Shown piece by piece: positions 1-9,782 of a DNA stretch of 64,000 bases. Where the stretch lies: positions 329,899 to 393,898 of the forward strand of contig AMWX01000001.1 in assembly GCA_000307935.1 (NCBI GenBank). Reading direction: 5' to 3'. Below the pieces are notes generated by a model. The model was not told the origin of the DNA. It did no database searches and was given only the letters and a program-made list of their open reading frames with translations. How positions within the stretch are numbered: the first letter of the stretch is position 1; each line of letters starts with the position of its first letter. A program made the position numbers and the translations under genes. Source of the stretch: SAR86 cluster bacterium SAR86E. Lineage in GTDB: Bacteria; Pseudomonadota; Gammaproteobacteria; Magnimaribacterales; D2472.

Positions 1-252
1 AGATATAGCAAGAGGTGTTTCCATGATATCAGTCTCACGTCTTGTAGCTGTAACTATGACATCCTCAATTCCACCAGCATCAGAGTAGGAGCTAGAAGAC
101 TCATATTGAGTCACTGAAACAGAGCGTTCCTCAACTTGAGCGACCTCTTCTGTAGCTTTTTCTTCTACAGCGTCCACGTCCATGGGCACTATAGGGTTGT
201 CTGCCATTACCATAAAAGGTAATACCAATAAGGATAGTTTGATAAATTTCAT
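1..252 (-). CDS. TonB-dependent receptor, N-terminal part (runs off window)
   Basis: Hand translation from ATG at 252: MKFIKLSLLVLPFMVMA...GGIEDVIVTATRRETDIMETPLAIS; signal peptide plus TonB-box/plug start. Confidence 0.85.
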   Translation of the reverse strand, partial: MKFIKLSLLVLPFMVMADNPIVPMDVDAVEEKATEEVAQVEERSVSVTQYESSSSYSDAGGIEDVIVTATRRETDIMETPLAIS

Positions 253-301
253 TATTATTCCCCAATAATTAAGATGTATACACCTTGGAATTATCAATAT
301 A

Positions 302-317
302 TTGACAATGTTGTCAA
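302..317. promoter_or_regulatory. Palindrome TTGACAA-TG-TTGTCAA containing the probable -35 of the TBDR promoter
   Basis: Perfect 7-bp inverted repeat 50 bp upstream of the TBDR start; TTGACA on both strands. Confidence 0.45.
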
Positions 318-362
318 GTCTATTTAAGCATTAAAATATGTATAAAAAAAAGCAAAATATAT

Positions 363-388
363 AAAAAAGAGAGACCAATGCCTCTCTT
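363..388 (-). terminator. Intrinsic terminator downstream of 413-1105
   Basis: Minus strand AAGAGAGGC-ATTG-GTCTCTCTT followed by a T run. Confidence 0.65.
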
Positions 389-412
389 ATAAATTAAAGA
401 AAAAAAATCTAT

Positions 413-1105
413 CTATCTATAAACTCTCTGCATCATATGATCTGAGTGATCTTTTACATCAAGCTTTTTATCAGCAAGCTCTTCCTCATGAATTTTGCTA
501 AGAATGGTAACCTTTTTTGCAAAATCAGCATAACTTTCATAACCACAATAAAAATTCCATGAGAGCTCTGGGCCCCATACATGCTCCGCCATATTGCAAC
601 CACCAAAAGCTCTGTCATATGCATCAAAAAGAATTCTAGCATTGGCTCTTTTTTGATTATCAGTTAAATAAGGTCCGAAAATGTACTTAGCTTCAAGCAC
701 GTATGGCATTTGTACTGTTGCATTTCTTACAAGCACTGCTGCGATATTATCCGTATGATCACCGAATAGTTGTCGAGACCCACCGGAAAGCGGTTCTGCA
801 TTATCGTTAATTTCAGCAAACTGCTCCCAATCATCAAAGTAACAATATGTTAAAAATGATCTGTCGCCACCAAACTGATGACGCAACATACCACAGCGGT
901 TGTATCCATTTTTTTCTAAATCATTAATGTTTTTTAATAACGATTTTTTAAGTATTTCAGGATTACCTCCTGCCGGTTGAGTGTATGTAGACATGTACAC
1001 AAAGTTATTTGAATGGGTGGATTCAGCCATTTCACCTTTCTCATGATGAGCTGCATGAATACCAATGGCTAATAAGAACGTTAGAACAGTAAATAAATTT
1101 TTCAT
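413..1105 (-). CDS. Secreted hypothetical protein with two internal repeats
   Basis: Signal peptide then AHHE; duplicated C-x4-H...YC...DHxD unit; GGAGG RBS. Confidence 0.8.
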   Translation of the reverse strand: MKNLFTVLTFLLAIGIHAAHHEKGEMAESTHSNNFVYMSTYTQPAGGNPEILKKSLLKNINDLEKNGYNRCGMLRHQFGGDRSFLTYCYFDDWEQFAEINDNAEPLSGGSRQLFGDHTDNIAAVLVRNATVQMPYVLEAKYIFGPYLTDNQKRANARILFDAYDRAFGGCNMAEHVWGPELSWNFYCGYESYADFAKKVTILSKIHEEELADKKLDVKDHSDHMMQRVYR

Positions 1106-1175
1106 AAGATACCTCCAAAAAGTAATCTTAATAATTACATATTTAAACTTAAATCACCAAAAAGATTGAGCCGCC

Positions 1176-1979
1176 CTATTTTTTAAATAGCAAGGTCATC
1201 CTATCAGACTCTCCGATAGCACTATATTTTTCTCTGTCCGTATCTTTTAAACGAAATGATGGAGGTAGAGTCCATACTCCTCTCGGATGATCTGCAGTAT
1301 CTTTTGGGTTAGCATTAATTTCAGAAGCATCAACCAGTTTAAAGCCAACAGATTCAGCAGTTTCTATCGCAAGTGATTGAGATACATATCCGCTCTTTTT
1401 CATAAATTCTAAACCAGAACCTTCAGGCGCTCTATGCTCTACGACACCAAACAGTCCACCAGGCTTCAGAACATTGTAGGCCTCCTGCATTACCTCGCTC
1501 ATGGCATCACGACCAAGCCAGTTATGAAGATTTCGAAAAGTTAAAACCAAGTCTTTGCTCTGTGGTTCTGCATAAGCTTTTGTTGGTGGCACTTCTGCAG
1601 AAATCACCTCAATGCCATCAAACAATGGATTGGTAGCAACTTTCTTATCATAAGCTTCTCTTGAGCGCTTGTAATAACCTCCGGCTTCAGCACTATAATG
1701 AGTGACGGATAGCATGCCATTATTTTTTAAATAGGGTGCAAGAATTTCTGTATACCAACCTCCACCTGCTGCAAGCTCAAGGACATGCATGTCAGGCTTA
1801 ATTCTAAAAAAAGATAATGTTTCATATGGATTTCTATATTCATCTCTTGCTGAGTAGTTAATATTTCTATCTGAATTGTTGACTGCATTTTTCAAAGAAG
1901 TATCTTCTTGGCCTACTAAGAAAGAAACAAAAAACAAGCCAAATAAAAGTTGACCCCATGATTTATTAAAATTTTTCAT
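1176..1979 (-). CDS. Class I SAM-dependent methyltransferase-like protein (COG4798-like), with signal peptide
   Basis: VLELAAGGGWYTE motif I; FRNLHNW, EINANPKD and GVWTLPP motifs. Confidence 0.85.
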   Translation of the reverse strand: MKNFNKSWGQLLFGLFFVSFLVGQEDTSLKNAVNNSDRNINYSARDEYRNPYETLSFFRIKPDMHVLELAAGGGWYTEILAPYLKNNGMLSVTHYSAEAGGYYKRSREAYDKKVATNPLFDGIEVISAEVPPTKAYAEPQSKDLVLTFRNLHNWLGRDAMSEVMQEAYNVLKPGGLFGVVEHRAPEGSGLEFMKKSGYVSQSLAIETAESVGFKLVDASEINANPKDTADHPRGVWTLPPSFRLKDTDREKYSAIGESDRMTLLFKK

Positions 1980-2049
1980 TACATCGCCTCTGTTATTGCA
2001 TACATGCTAGTCTATCATTCTAAAAGTAAAAATTAATAGTAGGATTTAA

Positions 2050-2439
2050 ATGGAATTTTTAAAAAAATTAGACGGCTTCGGGTTTGTTATTGGCAGATCA
2101 ATTCTAGGAATTTATTTTGCAGGATTTGGATCAGCTAAAATATTTTTTTTTATCGAAACTCTTTCATTAATGCGAATGAAAGGTGTTCCTTTTAGCTCTA
2201 TTTTATTGCCGGTAACTATTCTTGTTCAGGTGCTTGGTGGAATCTTTTTAATATTGGGTCGAAACCTTAGATTCAATGCGTTTTTGTTATGTGCATTAAC
2301 TATTATCATTAACATTTACATTCATAATTTTTGGACGCTGTCGGGTGATCCCGCACAGGGACATGAGTTTCAGAATTTTGTTAAGAATTTAGCAATCTGC
2401 GGCGGTTTGCTGGTTCTGATGTCTAAAGATAAAAGCTAA
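2050..2439 (+). CDS. DoxX family membrane protein
   Basis: Four hydrophobic segments; HNFW and NFVKNLAICGGLL motifs. Confidence 0.85.
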   Translation: MEFLKKLDGFGFVIGRSILGIYFAGFGSAKIFFFIETLSLMRMKGVPFSSILLPVTILVQVLGGIFLILGRNLRFNAFLLCALTIIINIYIHNFWTLSGDPAQGHEFQNFVKNLAICGGLLVLMSKDKS

Positions 2440-2698
2440 TTGTCTGAGCCAAACCGATTAAGCCTAACCAACCAAAATATGCTAAGCGGCTTATGTTTGG
2501 ATTTTGATGATTCCAGACCCCTAGAGCTCCGAAGGCACCACAAGCACCGAATGTGGGAATCCAAATCCCGACTATACCTAATAAACCTAGGAGACCTAAT
2601 AATCTTATTGGGCCTCCTGATTGACTTGGATGAACTTTATTAAGAAGACCTGTTAAACCGATAAGACCAAATAATCCAACCAGCCCCAGGTAACTCAT
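2423..2698 (-). CDS. Small Gly/Leu-repeat membrane protein
   Basis: Repeated LGxxGxxG hydrophobic segments; 3 nt downstream of the RRM gene. Confidence 0.65.
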   Translation of the reverse strand: MSYLGLVGLFGLIGLTGLLNKVHPSQSGGPIRLLGLLGLLGIVGIWIPTFGACGAFGALGVWNHQNPNISRLAYFGWLGLIGLAQTISFYL

Positions 2699-2701
2699 GA
2701 A

Positions 2702-2941
2702 TTAATCTCTTGGACGAGACTCGTTTACGACTAACTTTCTTCCTTCAACTTCAGCATCGTTTAATGCTTGAATAGCATTTTCTCCACCATCTGACATTTC
2801 AACAAAACCAAACCCACGAGAACGATTAGTTTGACGATCAGTAATGACTTTAGCTGAGGTTATTGTGCCGTGTTCAGCAAAAATTTGCTCAAGGCTAGCA
2901 TCATCGATACTCCAAGGGAGATTTCCAACATAGATATTCAT
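2702..2941 (-). CDS. RRM-domain RNA-binding protein
   Basis: RNP2 IYVGNL and RNP1 RGFGFVEM. Confidence 0.95.
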   Translation of the reverse strand: MNIYVGNLPWSIDDASLEQIFAEHGTITSAKVITDRQTNRSRGFGFVEMSDGGENAIQALNDAEVEGRKLVVNESRPRD

Positions 2942-3007
2942 AAAATTCCTTCTTAATGAAAATAAAAAATGAAGTGTACAGTATTTTTCTAAATAAAACT
3001 TAATATA

Positions 3008-3931
3008 TTAAATATTTAGAAACTTCAATGTGTCTTCTCCAAAATCAGACCACCATTCCATTCCCATTAATCGAATTCGTTGAAGATTTGTATCTGACAT
3101 ATCATCCATCCTTCTGTTCACCAATCCTGTTGAGGAATTGACCCTGAGATAATTTTGACCCATCAGGTCACTGGCGATCTCATCAAACATGCTCGATTCA
3201 AGCATGATCCCTAAAATATCATGATTAAACCAGTTCAAAGCGCCCCACTTAGAAGAGTTCTTTCCATTAATTTTTCTTCTGTTTATACCGGTACCAATGC
3301 TTAGGACTTTTATTTTACTCTTTGGAAAAAGTTTCCTTGCCTCGGAATACCCAAGCAAAGAAGGATTGTTTGCAACAATCCCTCCATCAATAAGCCAACT
3401 GCCATCGTCAATTTCTTGAGTTGAGTAATAAATAGGTGCTGCGCTGGTTGCGCTTGCTGCACTTACTATCTTTATTCCAGGAGAGTCATATGAGCTTAAA
3501 AGACGAGGCTTTCTTCTTTCAACATCATATGCCAAAACTGCAACAGGTTTTTTAGACTCCCCCAAAGATTGATCTTTAAAATGCTCAAAAAAAACTTCGT
3601 GTTTTCCTTTCCCATCATACTTTGGTTTAGTTTGAAGAAATGAAGCAGTATCCCAGAACGATTTGGACATTGTTTTGGTTAAATTTTCTTTTGACCAAAA
3701 ATTCTCAAGATCAAAACCACTTGCCTTAGTGCTAGCAATATTTAATGCATTAACACCCCCTGCGCTGGTGCCAATAAAAAAATCAAAGATATCAAAAATT
3801 TTCTTGCCAGAAAGAACTTCTAGCTTTTTAAGAAAAACAACAGCTGCAATTGCTCGAACGCCTCCCCCATCAAGTGATAAAACAAGTTTTGTTTTGCTGG
3901 ATTGAGAAAAATAATTAAGAATATTCCTCAT
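3008..3931 (-). CDS. Patatin-like phospholipase
   Basis: DGGGVR, GTSAG and DGG motifs. Confidence 0.92.
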   Translation of the reverse strand: MRNILNYFSQSSKTKLVLSLDGGGVRAIAAVVFLKKLEVLSGKKIFDIFDFFIGTSAGGVNALNIASTKASGFDLENFWSKENLTKTMSKSFWDTASFLQTKPKYDGKGKHEVFFEHFKDQSLGESKKPVAVLAYDVERRKPRLLSSYDSPGIKIVSAASATSAAPIYYSTQEIDDGSWLIDGGIVANNPSLLGYSEARKLFPKSKIKVLSIGTGINRRKINGKNSSKWGALNWFNHDILGIMLESSMFDEIASDLMGQNYLRVNSSTGLVNRRMDDMSDTNLQRIRLMGMEWWSDFGEDTLKFLNI

Positions 3932-3940
3932 CTTAAGAGA

Positions 3941-4729
3941 TCATTCATCGTCTTGATAAATTCTATTAAGCGTTTTGCTTAGTCGTATTGCTCCCAAAGC
4001 AATTCTTTCTTGAATGGTTTCAAAGTGACTTTCCATGTATTGATTTGTTACTAACTTAAGCTCATTACCCTTGTAACCAACAGACTTTTGCATTGCTAAA
4101 TCTCTTGTTTCCTGAGCCCAGGATTCAATTTCAACTGAATGCTTAGAGTCTTTAAACATCTCTATCTTGAATCTAACATTTTCTAAAAGGTAATCCTTGC
4201 CATGAATAAATTCCATATGCTCAATGATTTGGCCATCCCATAATTTGTGCATATTGGTTCTTTTACCGTTCTCAAACTCAAGATAGTGTCTGTTACCTCC
4301 AAGGTCTTCTGGATAACCAACATGCATTGGTTGATGTATGTCTCCAACAAAATGACCAATAAACCACATAGCTTCTTCTTGCAGATCAAAAGAAGTTTGA
4401 GGATTTTTTAAAATATCAAGTTGCTGGTAATAGGATGCAATAAGGCACCCATTTTCCGGACACTTGGCTGTGTATGTATCTTGTTGATCATCAGGAAGAT
4501 TAATGTAGTGCCAGGACCTTGTATCTTTTCTATCATTTTTAATCCAATCAGCCCAGAGACATGCTTCGCCAAATGATCCATGTTTTTTAATCAAGGGGTC
4601 TACCTGCTCCAATGCATCGGTTGATAATAATTTATAAGCCTCATCACAAACCATCTTATGACCAGTGTCCCACCAGGCACCAAGATTGATCGATACAATG
4701 AATAACAAAAAAAGGTTAATAACTTTCAT
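3941..4729 (-). CDS. S1/P1 nuclease, secreted
   Basis: Signal peptide then WWDTGH; WAD, WHYIN, HFVGDIHQPMH and HKLWD Zn ligands. Confidence 0.93.
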   Translation of the reverse strand: MKVINLFLLFIVSINLGAWWDTGHKMVCDEAYKLLSTDALEQVDPLIKKHGSFGEACLWADWIKNDRKDTRSWHYINLPDDQQDTYTAKCPENGCLIASYYQQLDILKNPQTSFDLQEEAMWFIGHFVGDIHQPMHVGYPEDLGGNRHYLEFENGKRTNMHKLWDGQIIEHMEFIHGKDYLLENVRFKIEMFKDSKHSVEIESWAQETRDLAMQKSVGYKGNELKLVTNQYMESHFETIQERIALGAIRLSKTLNRIYQDDE

Positions 4730-4734
4730 AATTT

Positions 4735-5937
4735 TTATATTTGGTCTCCAGCAGCTTTTGCAATAGCTCTAAACATTGCTACATGAGAATCCTTTGAATA
4801 TTGTCTTTCTTGATTAAATTTGAAGTTTGAAGATGTTTTTGCAATCACAACCTTTGTAATAGGATCTATGTATATGTATTGATTATAAATTCCTGCAGCC
4901 AAGTAATCCGAAGACGGAAAGCCTGGGATCCACCATTGATAACCGTAACCCCATGTGCTTGAGGAATTTTGATTTTCTCCTGGCTGAAGATGAGGCTCAG
5001 TAAGGCTGTGAGAGGCATGAACCCACTCCTCAGGGACAACTTGTTCATCATTCCATTTACCACCATTAAGATACAGCTGTCCAAACTTTGCATAATCCCT
5101 CAAAGTTGCATTTAGTCCCCCGAGAGCCCAGGCCATTCCAGTATCATCAACCATATAATAAGCATCATGCTCCATTCCAACTTTACTCCATATTTTTTCT
5201 TCAAGATTTTTGGCAACTGATTGGCCAGAAACTTCTTCCAATAACATTGCCAACATTTGAGTATCAATGCTTACATAGTGATTAAAAGTACCTGGCTTTT
5301 TGCCATTCTTTAAATTTTTGGCAAAATCTCTCATGGACGTACCTTGCGCAAGAGCTCTCGCAAATTTATTTATATCTGAGTTGTAATCAGCATAATCTTC
5401 ATTGAAAATAATGCCCGATGACATTTGAAGAATGTCTTTAATTGGAACGTTTTCGTAACCGGTTCCATTGAAATCAGCAAGGTATTTAGTTATGGGATCT
5501 TTTAGATCCTCAATCAATCCTTCATGGTAAGCAATACCAATTAAAGCAGAGAGAAAGGACTTGGCAACTGACCAGGAAATATGAGGCTGGTCTTTGGAAT
5601 TTCCTTGCCAATAATTTTCGTATGCCAATACCCCTTCATGCAAAACAATTAACCCATCAGTTTTAAAATATTCCAACGCCTCAGCAAGATTATATTCCTG
5701 CCCATCCATTTCATAGTACTCAGGAAGATTAAAGCTTTTCTTTTGAAAAATGTGCGGGCTGTTAGGTTTATGTACAGGAGTGCTGGGAAAGATCCTATTC
5801 ATGTTAATGAAATTATCAACGATTTTATCTTCATCAAATAAATGAACAACGTTGTAAACCCTTATAGCTTTGGGGATGTAAATAAAGGCAGCTAATATGC
5901 CAACAATTAAGATAGCAATTATAATTTTATGCAACAT
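4735..5937 (-). CDS. Serine hydrolase, beta-lactamase/NylB-like, N-terminal anchor
   Basis: SWSVAKS (SxxK), HYVS and GYGYQWW motifs. Confidence 0.9.
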   Translation of the reverse strand: MLHKIIIAILIVGILAAFIYIPKAIRVYNVVHLFDEDKIVDNFINMNRIFPSTPVHKPNSPHIFQKKSFNLPEYYEMDGQEYNLAEALEYFKTDGLIVLHEGVLAYENYWQGNSKDQPHISWSVAKSFLSALIGIAYHEGLIEDLKDPITKYLADFNGTGYENVPIKDILQMSSGIIFNEDYADYNSDINKFARALAQGTSMRDFAKNLKNGKKPGTFNHYVSIDTQMLAMLLEEVSGQSVAKNLEEKIWSKVGMEHDAYYMVDDTGMAWALGGLNATLRDYAKFGQLYLNGGKWNDEQVVPEEWVHASHSLTEPHLQPGENQNSSSTWGYGYQWWIPGFPSSDYLAAGIYNQYIYIDPITKVVIAKTSSNFKFNQERQYSKDSHVAMFRAIAKAAGDQI

Positions 5938-5946
5938 CTTAATTGC

Positions 5947-6792
5947 CTATTGAAACATTGATCTGTCAAAGGCTTTTAGATATTCCGATGAAATTTCTTC
6001 TAACTGACGCTTATACCCTTTGTGTGTAAATATATAGAAATCTTTGCCTGCAATTCCTTCAAATATAGCTTGCGCTGCTTCCAATGGTGAGATTGGGAAT
6101 GTATTTTGCGCATCCTCAGCAGCTACCTCGAGAAGTGCTTTCGGATCTGCAGCTTCATCGACTGGTGCTTGACTGATTTCTTGCTCCATAGCTCCATCAA
6201 ATGTGCTATTAACTATATTTGTTGTGACCTCACCCGGGCAAACAATGCTGGTACCAATTTTTGAACCTTGCAGCTCAGCTCTCAGTGAGGTCATTAAACC
6301 TCTAATGCCAAATTTAGATGCTGAATAAAGTCCCAACATTGGATATGCTATAAAGCCTGAAGTTGAACAGGTTGCAACAATGTGAGCGTCTTCTCCTGAG
6401 GACTGCATTTTAGGTAAAAAAGCGTGTATTCCATTAAAGCAACCACCAAGATTTATATTGATCAACCAATCATACATTTCTCGACTTACCTGACTAATAG
6501 GAGCCGGACCAAGAACGCCCGCATTATTAAAAAGAAGATTGCAGTTTTGAAAAGTTTCATAGGTTTGGCTTGCAAGGTTCTCAACCTCGTTGAGATTACT
6601 AACATCCGTGATTCTAGCAATTGCCTCAACCCCCTTATTTTTAACTACGTCTAAAGTTTCATTTAGGCCTTTCTCATCAACATCCGCTAATACCAACCGC
6701 ATTTTATTATTTGCCGCAACCTCAGCAAGACCCCTGCCAATACCGCTACCTGCACCAGTTATAACAGCAACTTTATCTTTAAAATCTTTCAT
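5947..6792 (-). CDS. Short-chain dehydrogenase/reductase
   Basis: TGAGSGIG, NNAG and YSASK motifs. Confidence 0.93.
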   Translation of the reverse strand: MKDFKDKVAVITGAGSGIGRGLAEVAANNKMRLVLADVDEKGLNETLDVVKNKGVEAIARITDVSNLNEVENLASQTYETFQNCNLLFNNAGVLGPAPISQVSREMYDWLININLGGCFNGIHAFLPKMQSSGEDAHIVATCSTSGFIAYPMLGLYSASKFGIRGLMTSLRAELQGSKIGTSIVCPGEVTTNIVNSTFDGAMEQEISQAPVDEAADPKALLEVAAEDAQNTFPISPLEAAQAIFEGIAGKDFYIFTHKGYKRQLEEISSEYLKAFDRSMFQ

Positions 6793-6843
6793 CCAATCCC
6801 TCTCTTAAATCTATGCTCTGAGATTATCTTAACTCATACTAAA

Positions 6844-7752
6844 TTAAAAATACTTTACCAAATAATATGCCGAGGGAATTACTGCCACCCAGAGCATTAA
6901 AGCTAAAATTAAAGGTTTACCACTCAAGGATGAAAGCTCAGAAGAATTAAATTGCGTACCAATGCAAAATAGCCCAACTATTAAAAAAGCCTGACTAATT
7001 GTTTGTAGAAAATTTTGAACTTCGTAATTAAAATTAAACAAAGTATTAATAATAATTGCGAGAATGAAAAAAATAATAAAACGTGGAAACTTGGCTGCTG
7101 TAACTTCTCTATTAAAAATCCAGTTCGCAATCAATATTAGTGGTATGAGCCAAATTGTTCGACCCAACTTCAGTGTTGCAGCAACCTGAGCAGATTCATT
7201 GCTAAAAATTAAGGCGGAGCCGATAACAGAACTCGTGTCATGAATCGCAAGAGCTGACCAAGCTCCAAACTCAAAATTACTCATACCTAAATAATTTCCT
7301 GCTAGCGGAAATAAAATGATGGCTAGCGCATTGAGCAAAAAAATAATTGTCATAGCAATAAGGAGCTCTTGTGGTTTAGCTTTAATAATTGGGGCGATTG
7401 CTGCCATAGCTGTTCCGCCACAAATAGCAGCACCTGCTGAGAGCAAAAAAGCTATACGACGATGAATTCCTAAGATTTTTCCAATGAGCAATCCTGCAAA
7501 AAAAGAAGCAACCACAAACAAAGATATCCACGGAAGATATTCAGAGCTAACATCTAGTGCATATGGAAGACTTATAGTTGCGCCCAGAATCACAATACCT
7601 ATTTGCAGTGGGATGGTGCTAACTTTTTTAGAGATGAACGTTTTGGGAAGTTTAAAGAAATAGGCAAAAAGGATACCAAGAAAAATAGACAAGGCTGCGT
7701 TTCCTATAAGCAAGATTACTAATACAAGAAGTGAAAATAGAAAATATAGCAA
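6844..7752 (-). CDS. YeiH / putative sulfate exporter family membrane protein
   Basis: GAAICGGTA, AIHDTSSV and KLGR motifs; TTG start. Confidence 0.85.
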   Translation of the reverse strand: MLYFLFSLLVLVILLIGNAALSIFLGILFAYFFKLPKTFISKKVSTIPLQIGIVILGATISLPYALDVSSEYLPWISLFVVASFFAGLLIGKILGIHRRIAFLLSAGAAICGGTAMAAIAPIIKAKPQELLIAMTIIFLLNALAIILFPLAGNYLGMSNFEFGAWSALAIHDTSSVIGSALIFSNESAQVAATLKLGRTIWLIPLILIANWIFNREVTAAKFPRFIIFFILAIIINTLFNFNYEVQNFLQTISQAFLIVGLFCIGTQFNSSELSSLSGKPLILALMLWVAVIPSAYYLVKYF

Positions 7753-7834
7753 TTTAAAAAAACCTTCTAAATTTTTAACAGGCTTTCATCTTAAGGGTTA
7801 AAATGAAAAAGAAAAAATATTTTTTATAATTTTT

Positions 7835-9628
7835 TTATCTAATGATTTTTTTTCTTAGCCTGATGCTTTCAGGCGTTACTTCGACCAACTCATCGTCTTC
7901 AATAAATTCAAGTGCTTGCTCTAAAGTATGCTGAATATGAGGAGTCAATATTAGATTCTCATCAGTGCCAGCCGCTCGAATGTTAGTAAGTTGTTTTGCC
8001 TTTGTGGGATTAACTGGAAGATCATTATCTCTTGAGTGCAGACCAACAATTTGTCCCTTATAAATCTCGAGACCATGGCCAACAAACATCCGGCCTCGGT
8101 TTTGAAGATTAAATAAAGCATAAGCTAGAGTTTTTCCTGAGATCATAGATACCATGACACCATTTTGTCTGGTGGCAATTTCACCTTTTTTTGCAAGCCC
8201 ATAATGATCAAAAATACTGGTTAGTATTCCGCTGCCGCTGGTAAGGGTTAGAAATTGAGAGCGGAAACCTATCAAACCACGTGAAGGCGCTATAAACTCC
8301 AATCTCATTCGCCCATTCTCTGTGATTACTAATGATTGCAAGTCAGCCTTTCTATTTCCCATCTCTTCCATGATCGAGCCTTGATGCTCTTCTTGAATAT
8401 CTATTACAACAACCTCATAAGGTTCATGTATTTCTTCTCCCACTTCTTTTTGGATAACCTGTGGTTTTGAAACAGCTAACTCATAACTTTCTCTTCGCAT
8501 GGTTTCAATCAAAACTGATAAGTGAAGCTCGCCTCGTCCCGAAACCTTGAATTGATCTGGGCTCTCTCCCTCCTCCACTCTCAATGCAACATTATGAATC
8601 AGCTCTTGATCTAATCTATCCTTGATATTTCTAGAGGTGACGTACTTACCCTCTTTACCGCAAAAAGGAGAATCATTGACTTGAAAAACCATGCTGACAG
8701 TTGGTTCATCAACTGATAATGGAGGCAAAGGATTAATATGCTCAGGATCACACAAAGTATCAGATATATTCAACGCCTCTACGCCAGTAATACAGACAAT
8801 ATCGCCTGCTTGGGCATCATCAGTTTCAACTCGCTCAAGACCATGATGGCCTAAAACTTGCAAGACTTTTGCTTTTCGTTGATCTCCATCCTTGGTGACT
8901 ACAACAATTCTGTCATTTGGCTTTACGGTTCCACCAGTAATTCTTCCTATACCTATCACTCCAACGTAACTATTGCTGTCAAGTGCAGAGATTTGCATTC
9001 TAAATGGAGAACTTTGGTCAACATCTGGAGGTGAAACTTTTTCTATAATCATATCTAACAATGGAGTCATATCTTCAGCCAATTCATCTGGCTCATGCCC
9101 AGCCAAGCCATTGATAGCAGAAGCATAAATAACTGTAAAATCTAATTGCTCATCGGTTGCGCCCAAATTATCAAAGAGTTCAAAAACTTGATCTAGAACC
9201 CAATGCGGCCTTGCCTCAGGTCTATCCACCTTATTGATAACTAAGATAGGATGAAGTCCCTTTTCAAAAGCTTTTTGGGTCACGAATCTTGTTTGGGGCA
9301 TAGGTCCATCAACCGCATCGACTAAAAGCAAGACAGAATCAACCATAGATAATACTCTTTCTACTTCTCCGCCAAAATCTGCATGACCAGGAGTATCAAC
9401 AATATTTATTCGATGATCTTTCCAGTTAATGGCAGTATTTTTTGCAAGAATGGTGATGCCTCTCTCTCTTTCTTGATCATTGGAATCCATGATTCTTTCT
9501 GTCGACATATTTTTTCGATCAAGAGTTCCTGATTGTTGCAACAACTTATCAACCAGTGTGGTTTTACCATGATCAACATGAGCAATAATTGCAATATTTC
9601 TGAGTTTTTCTTTATTCATAATAGCCAT
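7835..9628 (-). CDS. typA: Translational GTPase TypA/BipA
   Basis: [27 protein letters not shown] and C-terminal [10 protein letters not shown]; start moved to 9628 (9619 also possible). Confidence 0.96.
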   Translation of the reverse strand: MAIMNKEKLRNIAIIAHVDHGKTTLVDKLLQQSGTLDRKNMSTERIMDSNDQERERGITILAKNTAINWKDHRINIVDTPGHADFGGEVERVLSMVDSVLLLVDAVDGPMPQTRFVTQKAFEKGLHPILVINKVDRPEARPHWVLDQVFELFDNLGATDEQLDFTVIYASAINGLAGHEPDELAEDMTPLLDMIIEKVSPPDVDQSSPFRMQISALDSNSYVGVIGIGRITGGTVKPNDRIVVVTKDGDQRKAKVLQVLGHHGLERVETDDAQAGDIVCITGVEALNISDTLCDPEHINPLPPLSVDEPTVSMVFQVNDSPFCGKEGKYVTSRNIKDRLDQELIHNVALRVEEGESPDQFKVSGRGELHLSVLIETMRRESYELAVSKPQVIQKEVGEEIHEPYEVVVIDIQEEHQGSIMEEMGNRKADLQSLVITENGRMRLEFIAPSRGLIGFRSQFLTLTSGSGILTSIFDHYGLAKKGEIATRQNGVMVSMISGKTLAYALFNLQNRGRMFVGHGLEIYKGQIVGLHSRDNDLPVNPTKAKQLTNIRAAGTDENLILTPHIQHTLEQALEFIEDDELVEVTPESIRLRKKIIR

Positions 9629-9782
9629 TAATTTGGAGGGGATTATACGAGAATATAGAAAAAGAAATAGTCCGCTAGATAAGTTAAGCAAGATTAATTT
9701 TCTACCCTACATTGACCCAGCTCAACTTAGCCTATAACCTGCTGCCATCTGATATATTTCAGATAGATTTATATCAATTAAT

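Noticed and set aside
3008..4729. Patatin plus nuclease as a CBASS-like anti-phage system
   Set aside because: No CD-NTase or other defence gene nearby, and the nuclease is a secreted S1/P1 type
4735..5937. Antibiotic-resistance beta-lactamase
   Set aside because: Motifs fit the NylB/esterase-like serine hydrolase branch; resistance cannot be supported
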